64,000 nucleotides of DNA from Mustelus asterias (Eukaryota): assembly GCF_964213995.1 (NCBI RefSeq), contig NW_027590122.1, positions 1,178,001-1,242,000 on the forward strand. The letters run 5' to 3'. The notes beneath the pieces were generated by a model. It was given only the letters and a program-made list of their open reading frames with translations, searched no databases and was not told where the DNA came from. How positions within the stretch are numbered: position 1 is the first letter of the stretch; each line of letters begins with the position of its first letter. Shown here piece by piece: positions 60,867-64,000 of the stretch. Position numbers and translations under genes: made by a program.

Positions 60867-63271
60867 GTGTGGATTGGCACAGGCTGTTCTCTGGTAAGGA
60901 TGTAAATGGAAAGTGGGAGGCCTTCAAAGGAGAAATTTTGAGAGTGCAGAGTTTGTATGTTCCTGTCAGGATTAAAGGCAAAGTTAATAGGAATAAGGAA
61001 CCTTGGTTCTCGAGGGAGATTGTAACACTGATTAAGAGGAAGAGAGAGTTGTATGAAATTTACAGTCAGCAAGGAACAGATCAGATGCTCGAGGAGTATA
61101 AAAAGTGCAAGATGCTACTTTAGAGGGAAATCAGGAGGGCTAAAAGAAGACATGAGGTTGCTTTGGCAGACAGAGTGAAGGAAAATCCAAAGAGCTTCTA
61201 TAGGTATGTTAGGAGCAAAAGGATAGTGAGGGATGAAATTGGTCCTCTTGACGACCAGAGTGGTAGACTGTGTATGGAACCAAAAGAGATGGGGGAGATA
61301 CTAAATGGTTTTTTTGCATCCGTATTTACTGAGGAAACGGGCATGGAGTCCACGGAAATAGGGCAAACAGGTAGGGAGGTCATGGAACCTGTACAGTTTA
61401 AAGGGGAGGAGGTGCTCGCTGTCTTGAGGCAAATCAGAGTGGATAAATCCCCAGGAAAAGACAGGGTATTCCCACGGACCTTGAGGGAAGCTAGTGTTGA
61501 ACTTGCAGGGGCCCTGGCAGACATATTTAAAATGTCAGTATTCACTGGGGAGGTGCCGGATGATTGGAGGGTGGCTCATGTTGTTCCGTTGTTTAAAAAA
61601 GTTTCCAAAAGAAATCCGGGAAATTATAAGCCAGTATGTTTGACGTCGGTGGTGGGCAAGTTATTGGAAGGTGTGATAAGGGATAGGATCTACAAATATT
61701 TGGATAGACAGGGACTTATTAGGGAGAGTCAACATGGCTTTGTGTGTGGTAGGTCATGCTTGACCAATCTATTAGAGTTTTCCGAGGAGGTTACCAGGAA
61801 AGTGGATGAAGGGAAGGCGGTGGATGTTGTCGACCTGGATTTCGGCAAGGCCTTTGACAAGGTCCCTCATGGGATGTTAGTTAGGAAGGTTCAGTCGCTG
61901 GGTATACATGGGGAGGTAGTAAATTGGATTAGACACTGGCTCAATGGAAGAATGATGTGGAGATGCCGGCTTTGGACTGGGGTAAGCACAGTAAGAAGTC
62001 TCACAACACCAGGTTAAAGTCCAACAGGTTTATTTGGTAGCAAATACCATAAGCTTTCGGAGCAATGCTCCTTCGTCAGATAAAATCTGATGAAGGAGCA
62101 TTGCTCCGAAAGCTTATGGTATTTGCTACCAAATAAACCTGTTGGACTTCAACCTGGTGTTGTGAGACTTCTTACTGTCAATGGAAGAAGCCAGAGAGTG
62201 GTTGTGGAGGATTGGTTCTCCGAGTGGAGGTCTGTGACTAGTGGTGTGCCGCAGCGATCGGTGTTGGGTCCATTGTTGTTTGTCATCTATATTAATGAAC
62301 TGGACAATAATGTGGTAAATTGGATAGGTTTGCTGATGATACAAAGATTGGAGGTGTAGTGGACAGTGAGGAAGGTTTTCAAAGTTTGCAGAGGGATTTG
62401 GACCAACTCGAAAAATGGGCTGAAAAATGGCAAATGGAATTTAACGCAGACAAGTGTGAGATATTGCACTTTGGAAGGACAAACCAAAGTAGAACGTACA
62501 GGATAAATGGTAGGACTCTGAAGAGTGCAGTTGAACAGAGGGATCTGGGAATCCAGGTACAGAATTCCCTAAAAGTGACGTCACAGGTGGATAGAGTCGT
62601 AAAGAGTGCCTTTGGTACTCGGTGCCTTTATAAATCGGAGTATCGAGTATAAAAGTTGGAGTGTTATGGTAAGGTTATATAAGGCATTGGTGAGGCCGAA
62701 TTTGGAGTATTGTGTACAGTTTTGGTCACCTAGTTACAGGAAGGATGTAAATAAGGTTGAAAGAGTGCAGAGAAGGTTCACAAGGATGTTGCTGGGACTT
62801 GAGAAGCTGAGTTCCAGAGAGAGATTGAATAGGTTGGGACTTTATTCCCTGGAGCGTAGAAGATTGAGGGGAGATTTGATAGAGGTGTATAAGATTTTGA
62901 TGGGGATACATAGAGTGAATGCAAGCAGGCTTTTTCCGCTGAGGCTAGGGGGGGGGGGGGGGGGGAGGGGAAACCAGAGGGCATGGGTTAAGGGTGAAAG
63001 GAGAAAAGTTTAAAGCGAATATTAGGGGGGGGGGGCTTCTTCACGCAGAGAGTGGTGGGAGTGTGGAATGAGCTGCCGGATAAAGTGGTCAATGCGGGGG
63101 TCACTTTTAACATTTAAGAAAAACTTGGACGGGTTCATAGATGAGAGGGGTGTGGAGGGATATGGTCCAAGTGCAGGTCAGTGGGACGAGGCAAAAAATG
63201 GTTCGGCACAGACAAGAAGGGCCAAAAGGCCTGTTTCTGAGCTGTAATTTTCTATGTTTCTATGGTTCTAT
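60867..63271 (+). mobile_element. CR1-type LINE ORF2 and 3' end
   Basis: 284-aa and downstream ORF2 pieces (SQHGFV, DFGKAFDKVPH, FADDTK, LVRPNLEYC) and a (ttctatg)n tail. Confidence 0.93.
61953..62177. mobile_element. 225-bp palindromic Penelope pLTR-only insertion with 12-bp TSD
   Basis: TSD tcaatggaagaa at 61941-61952 and 62178-62189. Two 93-nt inverted arms around an AAA loop. Confidence 0.92.
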
Positions 63272-64000
63272 GGACTGGTGGTTATACTAGATTATGGGAG
63301 TTACCTGTCTGCATTTTGTGCTGAAAGCAACCGTCCTAACCTGACGTTTCCTACACAAAATAGTAACTGGCACAACTAATGAAATGCTCATTGAAAATAA
63401 CCTTCCTGAGCTGTGACAACATTGAATGCACAGGCAGAGAATTAAACAAATTTACAGCATAGAATAATGCCATTCCTCACATTGTGATCAGACCAGTCAA
63501 TCGACTTCAATAATGTATGTTTACACTCTCATAGCAATTAGGAATAAAGGGTGTGCATGGTCACGATGCAAACTGAAGATGAACAGTAATCAGAAGCGAG
63601 AACGTTTCCCTCATTGTGAAGGAAATTATACCATTCAAGCTGAGAGTTGCAATGGAAGGTGAGTAGCAGTGTCATTTGTGAGGTGATGGCATTGCTAATG
63701 AAGAGAGTGTAGCACCAGTGTTTCCTTTTTCTCAATGTTCACTTTCACCTCTGAAAATGTCCATTGAGCGTTCATAGCCACAGTTATTTAGGGATAAATG
63801 GTTTGAATTGATACTGAAGCCTCTCCTAATTTGACATTAGAACATTGTCAATGACTTTTAAAACATTTAATTTCAACTCTGTGGTAGCAGCTGCGCTCAG
63901 GTGCCTCCACCAATTAACACCAATTAAATTAAAACAAACTAATTATTTCCCTGGAGCCTGACATCATGTTGAAATATAAGGATTTTTGAGGGGAGTCGAG

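Noticed and set aside
1-64000. CRISPR arrays, rRNA, prokaryotic systems, TCR D/J/C segments
   Set aside because: No repeat-spacer array, rRNA similarity, 12-RSS with FGXG J motif, or C exon was seen.

Overview
Repeat-rich vertebrate genomic DNA, almost certainly a shark or other cartilaginous fish (HE1-type SINEs, CR1/HER1-type LINEs, Penelope elements, a two-exon GPR139-like orphan GPCR). The left quarter holds three T-cell receptor alpha/delta-type V segments with 23-bp-spacer RSSs. Two are pseudogenes on the + strand and one is open on the - strand. They sit inside a segmentally duplicated, mostly decayed tRNA cluster of 18 recognisable copies (Gln x7, Pro x3 with an 18-nt intron, Glu x2, Leu x2, Lys x2, Asn x2). 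A 3'-truncated epsilon-like endogenous retrovirus (19244-24863) has a gag-pro junction that reads TGA-CTAG in frame, and a 2H-phosphoesterase-like domain between protease and RT. Also present: a young Penelope element with an open RT/GIY-YIG frame and hammerhead-like pseudo-LTRs, a 225-bp palindromic mini-Penelope, a hAT deletion derivative with an 8-bp TSD, a solo LTR at an apparent rearrangement junction, many CR1, Rex1 and RTE fragments, and a 170-N gap. All family assignments come from motif recognition by eye, with no database searches, and many repeat boundaries are approximate.
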